This document shows, piece after piece, positions 27,945-37,090 of a stretch of DNA of 64,000 nt. The stretch covers positions 1-64,000 of IMG/VR virus record IMGVR_UViG_3300025732_000023. One strand, 5' to 3'. How positions within the stretch are numbered: position 1 is the stretch's first letter; each line of letters opens with the position of its first letter. Both the position numbers and the translations under genes were made by a program. The notes beneath the pieces are model-generated. The model was not told the origin of the DNA. It saw only the letters and a list, made by a program, of their open reading frames with translations, and ran no database searches. The DNA is from a virus.

Positions 27945-30445
27945 TAGGCAAAAAATAGTTCAAGGTTTACAGTTTTTTCCACATTCCATCCGATTGCATC
28001 AAGGATGGATTTTAGTGGTTCTACAAAACTCTTCTCAAATTGTAGTTCATAGTCAATGTATTTGTCAAGACCAAGTTCCTTAGGAAAATCTTGAATGAAA
28101 GAGATAATATTCTCTTGGATAATATTTGGTTTTTTCAAATAAACAAACTTAATCTTTTCCCCATTAGAAATCAAAGAATACTTATTAGTGAGTTTCTTTT
28201 CCTTCACATAATGATTAAAGAGAAGTGCTCCACGAATATGAATGGGAGTTTTGTGGGCATAAATGGTTGATGGTGATTGATATTTGCGAACATCAGATGC
28301 TGTGCGAGGAAAAGCAATCTGCTCTGGCGGTAAAGACTTGAACTCTTCGCGGCACTTATCAATAAAATTGATAACATCATCTTCTGTCCCACTCATCATC
28401 AGTTTAAGACCATCTTTAATCATCTTACGACAAGGTGCTGGTGTAGAAGATTTAACTGCCTCAATGCCCATCATCTTCAGTTTTGGTTCTTCATAACGTA
28501 CACCCTCACTGTCCCACACGTTCAGAATGTAACGCTTCTTAGCAGTCCAGATTCCACGTTCTGCAATATTCTCACGCTTCATCTGCATCTTTTGATCATA
28601 AGCATTCACATAGGTCGCCAGTTCTTGGTAGCAACCTTCAATATACTTTTCAAGTTCCACCTTACAGACCTTATCAAGGAACGTGACAACGCCTTCAGTA
28701 GTTTTCTCTCTTCCCTTGAATATAGTTTCAACCAGAGGACCCATATTAAGATAAATGGAGTCAGTATCAGAAGCAATGACATAATCAACCTCACTAGTTT
28801 TGAGAATCTTGTTCAGATAGGCATTCATCTTGTTCTCAATCCAACGAATGGAAACCTGACCAGACAAGGTGATTGCCTCAGCGTTTGCTAGTTTGTAGTA
28901 ACGGAAATACTGATTACCGATAGCACCATAAGCAGAGTTAAGTTGAATCTTCCTCGCCATCTGAATGTTATTGCACCGAGCAATCTCCTTTTCCAGTTCC
29001 TTTGTTTTTTTCTTTTCATATTCTTGCTTGGCAGCAAGCATTTTCTTTTTGTAAATGGTTCGATCCTGATAGATCTTTTCCATCAGTTCTGGTAGAAATC
29101 CACGAACATCCTTACGGAACATTGCACCGTTAGCACAGACTGCTTTGTCTTTGTAAAGTTCAAATGTGATTTCCTGGTTCAAGATTTTATCGACAGTTAC
29201 AGTCGGGTGCTTCTCATCCAGAAGAGTTTCTGGTGAAATATTGTACTGCATAATAAGGTGTGGATATAGTGAGTTCAAGTCAAAACTCACCACCCAGTCA
29301 TACTTTCCAGGAATCGGTTCCTTCACATATGCACCAGCATACTTAGAATCCTTATCAGAACGCTCCTTAGGGGGAATAACAATATTCCTTTTTTTCAGAT
29401 AGTTGTAGATAATAGTATCCCACATCCTCACCTGAGAAAATACATCAGCATAGTTTGCCTTAGCGTCATATGCCATCGTGATTGCAAGTTCAATCAGTTT
29501 CATCTTGTCTTCCATTCGGTCAACAAGTTCCACGTCAACGATGTTGTATTCTACAAACTTTTGCCAACCCTTCGTATAGAAGTCTTTGAATGTATCAAAC
29601 TCAGAGTGATCCAGTTTTTTCTGCCCCAGTTCAACCTCAGCAATATAATCAAGGCGATAAGATTCCTGTGCTTTATAAGTGAACTTCTTATAAAGGTTCA
29701 GGTAATCAAGTTGAGTAATACCACCAACATCATATGAAATATGTTTACGACCTGCAATATAAATCTCATCTTCGGTCACAAGACCCCAAGGTGACATACG
29801 TTTCATCAACTTCTCACCCAGAACACGATCTAGACGGCGAACAAGATATGGAATATCGTACAGTTCAATATTCCATCCAGTCACAACTTCTGGTGTATTT
29901 TCTTCAATCATCCACCAATGGATGAAATCATTGAGAAGATCATACTCACTAGAAAAAGAACGATATTCTACGTTTTTCTGCTGATTGTTAAACGGACCTT
30001 GACCCCAAGTACGAATCTTCTTGGAGGAATAATCCTGAATAGTAATAAGGAGAACTTCCTCTGCTGCGGATTCTACATCAGGAAATCCATTTTCCGATGC
30101 AACCTCAATATCAAGAGTAGTAACTTTGATCTTATTAATATCAAACTTCAATTCTTCCTCAGGATACATTTCAGAAATGTACTGATAAATGTATTGAGTA
30201 TTTCCAAAGATTTTGAAGTTTTCTACACCCTCATATTTTTTTACAAACTCACGACAATCACGAACAGAACCAGGTTGTACTGATTCAACATACTCCCCAT
30301 TCAAGGTTTGATATTTGGTTTTTTTATTTGCAGGGACAAAAAGAGTCGGGTTAAACTTCTCACGGGTCATGAAGTGTTTACCATCTTCATAACCACGAAC
30401 AAGGAAGTTATCCCCGACCATTTGAACGTTTGTGTAAAATCGCAT
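27944..30445 (-). CDS. g43: family B DNA polymerase (gp43)
   Basis: DIEV exonuclease motif, SFDLNSLYPH, KIQLNSAYG, DTDSIY. Confidence 0.97.
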   Translation of the reverse strand: MRFYTNVQMVGDNFLVRGYEDGKHFMTREKFNPTLFVPANKKTKYQTLNGEYVESVQPGSVRDCREFVKKYEGVENFKIFGNTQYIYQYISEMYPEEELKFDINKIKVTTLDIEVASENGFPDVESAAEEVLLITIQDYSSKKIRTWGQGPFNNQQKNVEYRSFSSEYDLLNDFIHWWMIEENTPEVVTGWNIELYDIPYLVRRLDRVLGEKLMKRMSPWGLVTEDEIYIAGRKHISYDVGGITQLDYLNLYKKFTYKAQESYRLDYIAEVELGQKKLDHSEFDTFKDFYTKGWQKFVEYNIVDVELVDRMEDKMKLIELAITMAYDAKANYADVFSQVRMWDTIIYNYLKKRNIVIPPKERSDKDSKYAGAYVKEPIPGKYDWVVSFDLNSLYPHLIMQYNISPETLLDEKHPTVTVDKILNQEITFELYKDKAVCANGAMFRKDVRGFLPELMEKIYQDRTIYKKKMLAAKQEYEKKKTKELEKEIARCNNIQMARKIQLNSAYGAIGNQYFRYYKLANAEAITLSGQVSIRWIENKMNAYLNKILKTSEVDYVIASDTDSIYLNMGPLVETIFKGREKTTEGVVTFLDKVCKVELEKYIEGCYQELATYVNAYDQKMQMKRENIAERGIWTAKKRYILNVWDSEGVRYEEPKLKMMGIEAVKSSTPAPCRKMIKDGLKLMMSGTEDDVINFIDKCREEFKSLPPEQIAFPRTASDVRKYQSPSTIYAHKTPIHIRGALLFNHYVKEKKLTNKYSLISNGEKIKFVYLKKPNIIQENIISFIQDFPKELGLDKYIDYELQFEKSFVEPLKSILDAIGWNVEKTVNLELFFA

Positions 30446-30714
30446 TATGCAGTTAGTTCAAGATACTTTTCAATGATTTCTGGTTTTGGATTAGCGATTG
30501 TTAAAATATCACTAGATCGAATCATATATTCTGTTTGTTCTGAAGCATCAACCCAAGGTGTCATATTTTCCAAATCATGAAAACGATATGGATTAATAAG
30601 TTTACAATCAGGTTCACCAATATCAGCAGATAACTCTATAATCTCAGTGATTAAAAGTACATCTACGCTGAGTAGAATACATTTTACAATTCTATCATCA
30701 TTCATCTTCCTCAT
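30445..30714 (-). CDS. conserved hypothetical protein
   Basis: GEPDCKLINP...PW; weak similarity to adjacent ORF. Confidence 0.65.
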   Translation of the reverse strand: MRKMNDDRIVKCILLSVDVLLITEIIELSADIGEPDCKLINPYRFHDLENMTPWVDASEQTEYMIRSSDILTIANPKPEIIEKYLELTA

Positions 30715-31042
30715 CCTCTGTTTCAGTTACTTCCAATGGAGTTCCAGTCTTTTCCTTGTACATCTCCTCAACAGAAGGAATAGGATCGCAAATTGTTGTT
30801 ATATAGTCTGTTGCAACAACAAACTCTTTATCTTTCGATAAGATTAACCAAGGAGTAAGAACTACATCAATTTCATAATTTGATTTTCCAGTATCACTTT
30901 CGGTAAGAACCATTTTTTCCTTTGTTTCAACATAATGAGGGTTTCCCAAAAGATACCCACGTACAAGTTCATCGGAAACAAGTTCTTTCGCATCAGCAAT
31001 AATAGTTTCTCCTGTTTTGAGGAGCATCAGTTTTATAGACAT
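30698..31042 (-). CDS. conserved hypothetical protein (Sm-like fold possible)
   Basis: KLMLLKTGETIIAD...LTPW. Confidence 0.65.
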   Translation of the reverse strand: MSIKLMLLKTGETIIADAKELVSDELVRGYLLGNPHYVETKEKMVLTESDTGKSNYEIDVVLTPWLILSKDKEFVVATDYITTICDPIPSVEEMYKEKTGTPLEVTETEDEEDE

Positions 31043-31063
31043 TTTGTTTCAGTTACCTAATTC

Positions 31064-31115
31064 ATTTTAGCAAGAAAAAGGGGAGGTGTCAACTGGATTT
31101 TGCCAGTTGCCTCCC
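31064..31115 (-). promoter_or_regulatory. terminator hairpin overlapping a TTGACA-17-TAAAAT promoter with AACTGGCA box
   Basis: GGGAGG...CCTCCC long hairpin; tgtcaa 31087-31092; atttta 31064-31069. Confidence 0.6.
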
Positions 31116-31138
31116 GCGCCGACGATATTCGAAGTTAT

Positions 31139-31573
31139 TTATAGATAATCCTTACGAGCATGATGTTCGGGAACAATCTTACCAAGAGTTACAGTTAACA
31201 ATCCATCCTCAAATGTAACCTCTTTGATTGTAGTGTCGTCCGATAATGTCCATGCTCTCTTGAAAGATCGTTGAGCCAGTCCCTTATGGACGTAACGGGT
31301 ATCAGACTCCCTATCCTCTTTTTGTCCTTCGATAAAAAGTTTTCCATACTCCGTGTATACATTTACTTCCTCCTTTTTAAATCCAGCAAGTGCAAGTTCT
31401 AAACGAGATTCTACATTACTCACCTGAACAAGGTTATATGGGGGATAATTAGAAGTTGTTTCGTGAAGTTTAAAAATACGATCAAAGTATTCATCCATTC
31501 CGATGCTATTACGAGTAATCCTATCCATAAGGGTAGGAAGATCCGCAGCAGTATACCGTGAAAGGTTAGTCAT
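31139..31573 (-). CDS. hsp20: small heat shock protein (Hsp20)
   Basis: NYPPYN, LELALAGF, HKGLAQRSF, FEDGLL; AGGAG RBS 8 nt before ATG 31573. Confidence 0.93.
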   Translation of the reverse strand: MTNLSRYTAADLPTLMDRITRNSIGMDEYFDRIFKLHETTSNYPPYNLVQVSNVESRLELALAGFKKEEVNVYTEYGKLFIEGQKEDRESDTRYVHKGLAQRSFKRAWTLSDDTTIKEVTFEDGLLTVTLGKIVPEHHARKDYL

Positions 31574-31651
31574 TATGGTAGCTCCTTTAAAAGCGAGTTT
31601 GTGTTGTGTGGACCCCGAAGGCGTCCTTATCATTATATATCAATAATCAAT

Positions 31652-31675
31652 AAAAAAGGGAGTGTGGAACTCCCT
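31652..31675 (-). terminator. intrinsic terminator after regA
   Basis: AGGGAGT...ACTCCCT then T run. Confidence 0.65.
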
Positions 31676-31681
31676 ACAAAA

Positions 31682-32122
31682 TCATTCGGTTTCTTCCACC
31701 CTTTTCTTCTTTGCACCAATATTATATTTGGTTTCTAAAATCCAATCACCTTTATCCTTATAGGCAAGAACTTTAATTTGGTTAAGTGGAGCGATGTCCT
31801 GAATTTTAGTTACATCGACAATTGTAATTAGACCCCAATCAGCAAGAAGTTGGGCGATACGATTTCGACGTTGTACATCATTCACTGTCAGGTTAGCGTG
31901 TTTGCCATCCAGAGCAAACAATTCCTTAAAGTGAACGAGATAATATCTACCTTGCTTGTGAAGAATATGGCAAGACTGATAGATTTTCTTTTCCTTTCGT
32001 GAAGCGACTCCGATACGGGTCAAAGTTTCGCGTACCTTCAAAAAGTCGTCTGGTTCGTTAAGAACCACCTCAACCATTTGATCGGGCGTCCACTTCACTT
32101 CAGGTTCTTGAACGACACTCAT
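31682..32122 (-). CDS. regA: translational repressor RegA
   Basis: DDFLKVRETLTRIG...QSCHILHKQGRY..VHFKELF. Confidence 0.95.
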   Translation of the reverse strand: MSVVQEPEVKWTPDQMVEVVLNEPDDFLKVRETLTRIGVASRKEKKIYQSCHILHKQGRYYLVHFKELFALDGKHANLTVNDVQRRNRIAQLLADWGLITIVDVTKIQDIAPLNQIKVLAYKDKGDWILETKYNIGAKKKRVEETE

Positions 32123-32499
32123 TTTGTTCCTCCAGTTTCAAATTTCGATTTTATATAAGTAAGTTGTTCGTTTGTTAGAATCTTCAAAGCTTGTTTTGCC
32201 TTCTCATTACTATAACCATAATAACGTTTGACATAATCAAGATCTTTGATTTTATCTTGTCGGAGCCAGGGAGAAAATCTCTTCTTTTTCCTCAGACTAT
32301 TTATAAAAAAATCATACTGCAACTTCTTTGGAAGGAAATGATATCGATTCATTTCATTAGCATACATCACACAATCAATGTGTCCAGATAGACAGCGATT
32401 GATAATATAAGGAGCATATTCCTTCTCAATGGAAGGATCCTCATCAATCAGATGATTCTTCGTTTGATTGATCGAGTTTAACCAGTCCTTCAATTCCAT
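32119..32499 (-). CDS. g62: clamp loader small subunit (gp62)
   Basis: MELKDWLNSIN...YIINRCLS...YYGYSNEKA. Confidence 0.88.
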   Translation of the reverse strand: MELKDWLNSINQTKNHLIDEDPSIEKEYAPYIINRCLSGHIDCVMYANEMNRYHFLPKKLQYDFFINSLRKKKRFSPWLRQDKIKDLDYVKRYYGYSNEKAKQALKILTNEQLTYIKSKFETGGTK

Positions 32500-33319
32500 A
32501 ATTAAAAAGCAAGAGTTCTTTACGTTGTTTTTGCTCACGCATATATTCACCAACTGAACGCATCGTATAAGTAAGATCAAACTCAGCAGCGTTCCAGTTC
32601 TTAAAACGATCCCTTACAAGTTGATCAGAATTATAACTAATCAATTGAGGCATAGGATAACGAAAATCGCAATCAGCAGCAAACTTATCGTGATCAAATC
32701 CTTTGTGCATTGATCCTTTGCGCCCATAGAGATTATCCTTAATATCATAAGGAGGATCGAGATACACAAAAGCAGTAGTGTCTCCATCCAAAAGATAATC
32801 GTATGAATAGTTAGTTATACGCCACTTCTCAATTAGTTTAGAATACGCAGGCAATTTTTCGATCCCACGCATAGAGAAGTTGGAATTCGATGCCTGTGCT
32901 GAAAATGATGAACTCTCTGTAAGACCAGAGAAACTGCACTTATTGACAACATAGAAATCCACAGCACGATCAAGACTGGGCAAATCTTTGTCATTTACTT
33001 GCTCCTTTGCTTTAAGAAAAAGTTCTTTTGCCAGGATTGGAGTATTGTTTGTCGTCTTAAGATCTACTAGTTTATCTTTAAGGTCAGTACCAAACATCTG
33101 GAGTTGCTGCCAGAAGTTTACAAGTGGTTCGTAAAGATCATTCACCCAAATATCTAGGTTGGGATATTTCTTGGTGATATAAATCGCAACACTTCCACCA
33201 CCAAGAAACGGTTCTCGGAATTCATCATAATTGCGGAGATCTGGAAAATATGGTCCCATCTTTTCGCAAGCGCGGGACTTACCGCCCGGATATCGTAATG
33301 GTGTTTTCAAAGATTTCAT
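32444..33319 (-). CDS. dam: DNA adenine methyltransferase (D12/Dam family)
   Basis: LRYPGGKS, EPFLGGGSV, YLDPPY. Confidence 0.92.
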   Translation of the reverse strand: MKSLKTPLRYPGGKSRACEKMGPYFPDLRNYDEFREPFLGGGSVAIYITKKYPNLDIWVNDLYEPLVNFWQQLQMFGTDLKDKLVDLKTTNNTPILAKELFLKAKEQVNDKDLPSLDRAVDFYVVNKCSFSGLTESSSFSAQASNSNFSMRGIEKLPAYSKLIEKWRITNYSYDYLLDGDTTAFVYLDPPYDIKDNLYGRKGSMHKGFDHDKFAADCDFRYPMPQLISYNSDQLVRDRFKNWNAAEFDLTYTMRSVGEYMREQKQRKELLLFNYGIEGLVKLDQSNEESSD

Positions 33320-33846
33320 TTTATACTATCAATAAAATTGTTAACAAAAATTTCCTTTTCTTCAAAATAATCCCGATTAATACGTTCTCCACCATCTAGA
33401 AAAAAATGTTCTGGTTGTGGATTACAAGAAGCAGTAATGTTGCTTCCCTTCTTTGAAGCTCTCTTAATATTATACAACATACTACCTGGAACACAACATG
33501 CTCTAAGTAATTTAGGGTCTGTAAAAATATAGTAATCAGCAGGAATAAAATTACTTACATCAGCATTACCCCACCCATTCATAACAATTGCATTTCTCAC
33601 AGAACGTTTTGCCTTATTATCAAAAGTAATTTTTTTACTTTCGTAAGTAACACCATGCAAATCAACTAAATCAACACCTGTGCTATTTTGTCTGATTAGC
33701 AAACCATTGCTACATTTTTCATAAATCTTTTCTACCATTCTACCAACATCAAAGTATTGAATATTTTCAGTTGGAGTAGAAACTGTAGAAAGGATTTTAG
33801 CAATCCGAGGCAAATCAATCTGAGAAAAATCAATCATTGTTTTCAT
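33316..33846 (-). CDS. hypothetical protein, possible restriction-endonuclease-like PD-(D/E)XK nuclease
   Basis: GVDLVD...TYESKK; AT-rich; overlaps dam start. Confidence 0.5.
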   Translation of the reverse strand: MKTMIDFSQIDLPRIAKILSTVSTPTENIQYFDVGRMVEKIYEKCSNGLLIRQNSTGVDLVDLHGVTYESKKITFDNKAKRSVRNAIVMNGWGNADVSNFIPADYYIFTDPKLLRACCVPGSMLYNIKRASKKGSNITASCNPQPEHFFLDGGERINRDYFEEKEIFVNNFIDSIK

Positions 33847-34042
33847 AATCTTTGGGATGATACTTCAAATACTCAAAAAAAGTGAGTTTCATTTCTTTCT
33901 GGGTCATACCACAATGCTTTGCGGCAGCAGGAAGAGTCATTTTTGCACGAAAGAGACCTTCATTCGCCTCTCTCACATTCTCAGGAGTTGTCTTTACTGG
34001 ATGTTCGACAAGATTTGCTTTATTGATTTTTAGTAGTCCCAT
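33830..34042 (-). CDS. small HTH-like hypothetical protein
   Basis: MTLPAAAKHCGMTQKEMK. Confidence 0.6.
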   Translation of the reverse strand: MGLLKINKANLVEHPVKTTPENVREANEGLFRAKMTLPAAAKHCGMTQKEMKLTFFEYLKYHPKDYENND

Positions 34043-34199
34043 CGTAGATACACCTTACAGAAATTTCAGTATTTTTAGTTGCTTGTGCCATTTGACGATA
34101 TCCAGTTCCAACGTAAATTTGTCCGCCAACTACAGCAACTGCCATCAAACCCCAAAAAATATAATACCACTTTGCTTTTACTTGATGTTTTTTACTCAT
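34020..34199 (-). CDS. small single-TM protein (59 aa)
   Basis: Manual: MSKKHQVKAKWYYIFWGLMAVAVVGGQIYVG...; overlaps g44 stop (ATGA). Confidence 0.55.
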   Translation of the reverse strand: MSKKHQVKAKWYYIFWGLMAVAVVGGQIYVGTGYRQMAQATKNTEISVRCIYDGTTKNQ

Positions 34200-35140
34200 T
34201 TGAATTCACACTCCACCATAATTTCAGTCAAACAAGCGAGCATATTTATCTCTTGGTCTGCGACAAATGCCGCTTGATACTGATACTTAGCAAGCACCAA
34301 AACAGCAGCAGGAATGCTATTGTTTTCAAGGGCATTATAAAGAGAATCGTATATGCGGCGCATAAGTACAGTAGTATCATTATCCAAGTTAGATACCACC
34401 CACTTTCGAACTTCTGGGAAGTTCTTCTCTTTAAGATTTTTGAGAAGATCATTTACAGCGATGTCTGAGAAAGATGCAAGAATCCCTGAGTCAATCTCTC
34501 CCCCCACTGAATACCTTTGACATTCATTGAGGACTCGTCGCCAGTCTGGAAAGTGTTTGTTGATAAGTTCCGCAAGGACTTTCGGATCATATTTGACACC
34601 TTCTGCATCCAAGATATTTTGGAGACGCTTGAAAAAGGATCCTGCCAATGCTGTTTTTTCTTTCCCTTTAATCCCAAAGTCGATGACGGCGCAACGGGAA
34701 TGTAGGGGTTCAATGATTTTGTTTTTGTAGTTGCAGGTAAAGATGAAACGGCAATTACCAGCAAATTCCTCAATAAACGCCCGTAGGAGGAGTTGTACGT
34801 CGTTGCCTGTGTTGTCTGCCTCATCAATGATAACAACTTTGTGTTTAGCATCTGACGAAAGTGAGACGGTCGAAGCGAAGTTCTTCGCATTGTTTCGGAC
34901 AGTATCGAGGAATCTACCCTCGTCGGATCCATTGATGACATAAACATCTACCCCCAATTCATTACAGAGTGCTTTTGCAACTGTGGTCTTACCAATTCCA
35001 GGAGGACCAGCAAGAAGCATATTTGGAATTTCACCTTTATTTAGAAACTCCTGAAAAGTCTTCTTAGTACTTTCAGGAAGAATACAATCTTCAATTGTCT
35101 TGGGTCGGTACTTTTCGACCCAAATAAAATCACTGTTCAT
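34196..35140 (-). CDS. g44: clamp loader large subunit (gp44)
   Basis: WVEKYRP, GPPGIGKTT, IIDEAD, LHSRC. Confidence 0.96.
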   Translation of the reverse strand: MNSDFIWVEKYRPKTIEDCILPESTKKTFQEFLNKGEIPNMLLAGPPGIGKTTVAKALCNELGVDVYVINGSDEGRFLDTVRNNAKNFASTVSLSSDAKHKVVIIDEADNTGNDVQLLLRAFIEEFAGNCRFIFTCNYKNKIIEPLHSRCAVIDFGIKGKEKTALAGSFFKRLQNILDAEGVKYDPKVLAELINKHFPDWRRVLNECQRYSVGGEIDSGILASFSDIAVNDLLKNLKEKNFPEVRKWVVSNLDNDTTVLMRRIYDSLYNALENNSIPAAVLVLAKYQYQAAFVADQEINMLACLTEIMVECEFK

Positions 35141-35142
35141 AA

Positions 35143-35304
35143 TCAATTTCCCTCATTTGGGTTGTTCAATCCAGAGTGTGCCCATTCATCATAATCATCC
35201 CACCAAGAATTTTCTTTATATTCTTTTATAATTTCTTGAGCCTCTTCAAGAGTAGATTTTTCCCAACGAGGATCATCAGTTGCTCTATCAATGTGGTTTT
35301 TCAT
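35143..35304 (-). CDS. small acidic hypothetical protein (53 aa)
   Basis: Manual: MKNHIDRATDDPRWEKSTLEEAQ...; fills the intergenic gap. Confidence 0.45.
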   Translation of the reverse strand: MKNHIDRATDDPRWEKSTLEEAQEIIKEYKENSWWDDYDEWAHSGLNNPNEGN

Positions 35305-35306
35305 AA

Positions 35307-35819
35307 TCAAATCCAATCAGGTTTACGTTGGGGCATACGAAGGTAATTATCCTTCACCCAAGTTTTAGAAGCAATGTACCTTTTGTATGCAGTAAAGGTG
35401 TCAATGCTGTCATCAAATTTCCACTCTTCGGGCATTGCCCTAGCAAACGGAGTCACATCAGTAATCTTCCCCTTTGGAAAAAGATAATAAGCATCTACAA
35501 GTGTTTTATAACACGAGTGAGTTTTATTATACCGCAGGCAGTATTCATCTGACAAGTTCAATCCCCACTTGATTAACCAGTAGGCATTATGGATACTTTC
35601 CAGTGCCCACTTGGTGCAGGGATGATTGCGGAATGCTCCTTTCTCGGTCTTGTAGGGGGTTCCATCTGCCTTAGGGAGAGTGCCATAGTTATGACCCCAC
35701 TTCTCAGATGCCACAATAGAAAGCATTTGACAGCATTCCAGAGGCATCTTGACGATGTGTTTGTCAGGAAGACAAATAGCACTCTCAGCAGGCCAAGGAG
35801 AAGTTACGAAGATGTTCAT
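35307..35819 (-). CDS. pyrimidine-dimer DNA glycosylase-like family protein
   Basis: MNIFVT...DKHIVKMPLECCQMLS...NHPCTKW. Confidence 0.75.
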   Translation of the reverse strand: MNIFVTSPWPAESAICLPDKHIVKMPLECCQMLSIVASEKWGHNYGTLPKADGTPYKTEKGAFRNHPCTKWALESIHNAYWLIKWGLNLSDEYCLRYNKTHSCYKTLVDAYYLFPKGKITDVTPFARAMPEEWKFDDSIDTFTAYKRYIASKTWVKDNYLRMPQRKPDWI

Positions 35820-36481
35820 CCAAAGGTAGAATCAGGTTCCAGAGCAATATAATACTTCAGATTGTACTTGGTGTTGGTGAACTGTGATAAAAGTTTAGAA
35901 GACACAACCACGTCATATGCACCAGGAATGATCTTGATATTTTCTACCTTGAAGTTGAAGGTAAACTCATCATCAGTCTCACCAACTACAATCGCATACT
36001 CATTAGAGGTATCATTCTTCTTATCACGAACCACCAGTTTGATCACACCATTCTCACCAACAGCAGACAAGTCAGGAAGTTGATAAACTGCTGCTGCCTT
36101 AACCAGTTTTTCAAGAGAAGTGCTGTCCAGTTGGAAACAAACATCTGCCGAAGGAAGTTGAATCTCCTTATCGGGAGGTGAAATAATCACATTAGGATCA
36201 GCATAAAAATACTTCACTCGACGCTTACCCTCTTTGATACTGAGATAAGACTGCTCAGTAAAATCAAGGTCAGGATCTTGGTGCAAACCAAGACCATTCA
36301 GAAACTGGTTCAGATCATAAATGGCGAAGTCACGAGGAAACTCTTCCGTAATGTCTGCTTCTGCAAGAATATTCTTTGCAACAGAAATAGTGCGAAGTTT
36401 GTTACCCTCTTTCACAAGAATAGAATTATTGATTCCCGCAAAGTTTTTGAGAATAACAAGGGTATTGTCAGAAAGTTTCAT
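35816..36481 (-). CDS. g45: sliding clamp (gp45)
   Basis: LKNFAGINNSI, FAIYDLNQFL, YYIALE. Confidence 0.94.
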   Translation of the reverse strand: MKLSDNTLVILKNFAGINNSILVKEGNKLRTISVAKNILAEADITEEFPRDFAIYDLNQFLNGLGLHQDPDLDFTEQSYLSIKEGKRRVKYFYADPNVIISPPDKEIQLPSADVCFQLDSTSLEKLVKAAAVYQLPDLSAVGENGVIKLVVRDKKNDTSNEYAIVVGETDDEFTFNFKVENIKIIPGAYDVVVSSKLLSQFTNTKYNLKYYIALEPDSTFG

Positions 36482-36504
36482 AGTTTTATCTTGGATTTTC
36501 ATAA

Positions 36505-37014
36505 TCAATAAGGATAGTTGTTAGAATTATTCTTGTGCAGACCAGCAAAGTGATAAAGAAGAACACAATAGTGGATTGCTTTCAGAATGTCCATCTTAGA
36601 TTTACCATTCTTCTTACCAAAGCGCGAGAGATATTTGATAGCATTTGAACGAGTAAATGCTTCTGCATCACCAATACTCTCAATCAAATCAAGAGTTTGA
36701 GTTTTAGATTGTTCAGAAGTGTAATGAGAATGATAAGTACTTGAAAGGTATTCTTCTACTGCTTTCAGAGTTTTATCTTCTTCATATTTCCAGAAACCGT
36801 TTTTGTTCGTGTCTTCGGGCATTTTCAAATCAAAAGTAATAGTATCAGGTGAGTGATTTCCAAAATAAGAGAATGGAACAGACTGTGCTGCGTAAATAAA
36901 ATCTTGGGCACCACTAAAAGAAATAGTATCAGATCCTTCACCACCATAGATTACAGTATCTTTCCAAGAATCTGGAAGTGAATTTTCGTAAGTGCTCTCA
37001 AAGTTTTCTGACAT
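36505..37014 (-). CDS. DUF3310-like conserved protein
   Basis: TYHSHY...NAIKYLSRFGKKNG...DILKAIHY. Confidence 0.75.
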   Translation of the reverse strand: MSENFESTYENSLPDSWKDTVIYGGEGSDTISFSGAQDFIYAAQSVPFSYFGNHSPDTITFDLKMPEDTNKNGFWKYEEDKTLKAVEEYLSSTYHSHYTSEQSKTQTLDLIESIGDAEAFTRSNAIKYLSRFGKKNGKSKMDILKAIHYCVLLYHFAGLHKNNSNNYPY

Positions 37015-37061
37015 TTTGTTTCATAGTAAAGGATAAAAAGGAGGCACATTGACCTCCATAT

Positions 37062-37090
37062 ATTCTATCAGTTTGCCTGCTGTTCGTCAA
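37062..37090 (-). promoter_or_regulatory. sigma70-type promoter at the cobS-like gene 3' end
   Basis: TTGACG-17-TAGAAT with extended TG. Confidence 0.55.

Noticed and set aside
27944-30445. Inteins or introns in g43 (also considered for g41, g17, nrdA, g23)
   Set aside because: Lengths are normal and no intein splice or LAGLIDADG motifs were seen
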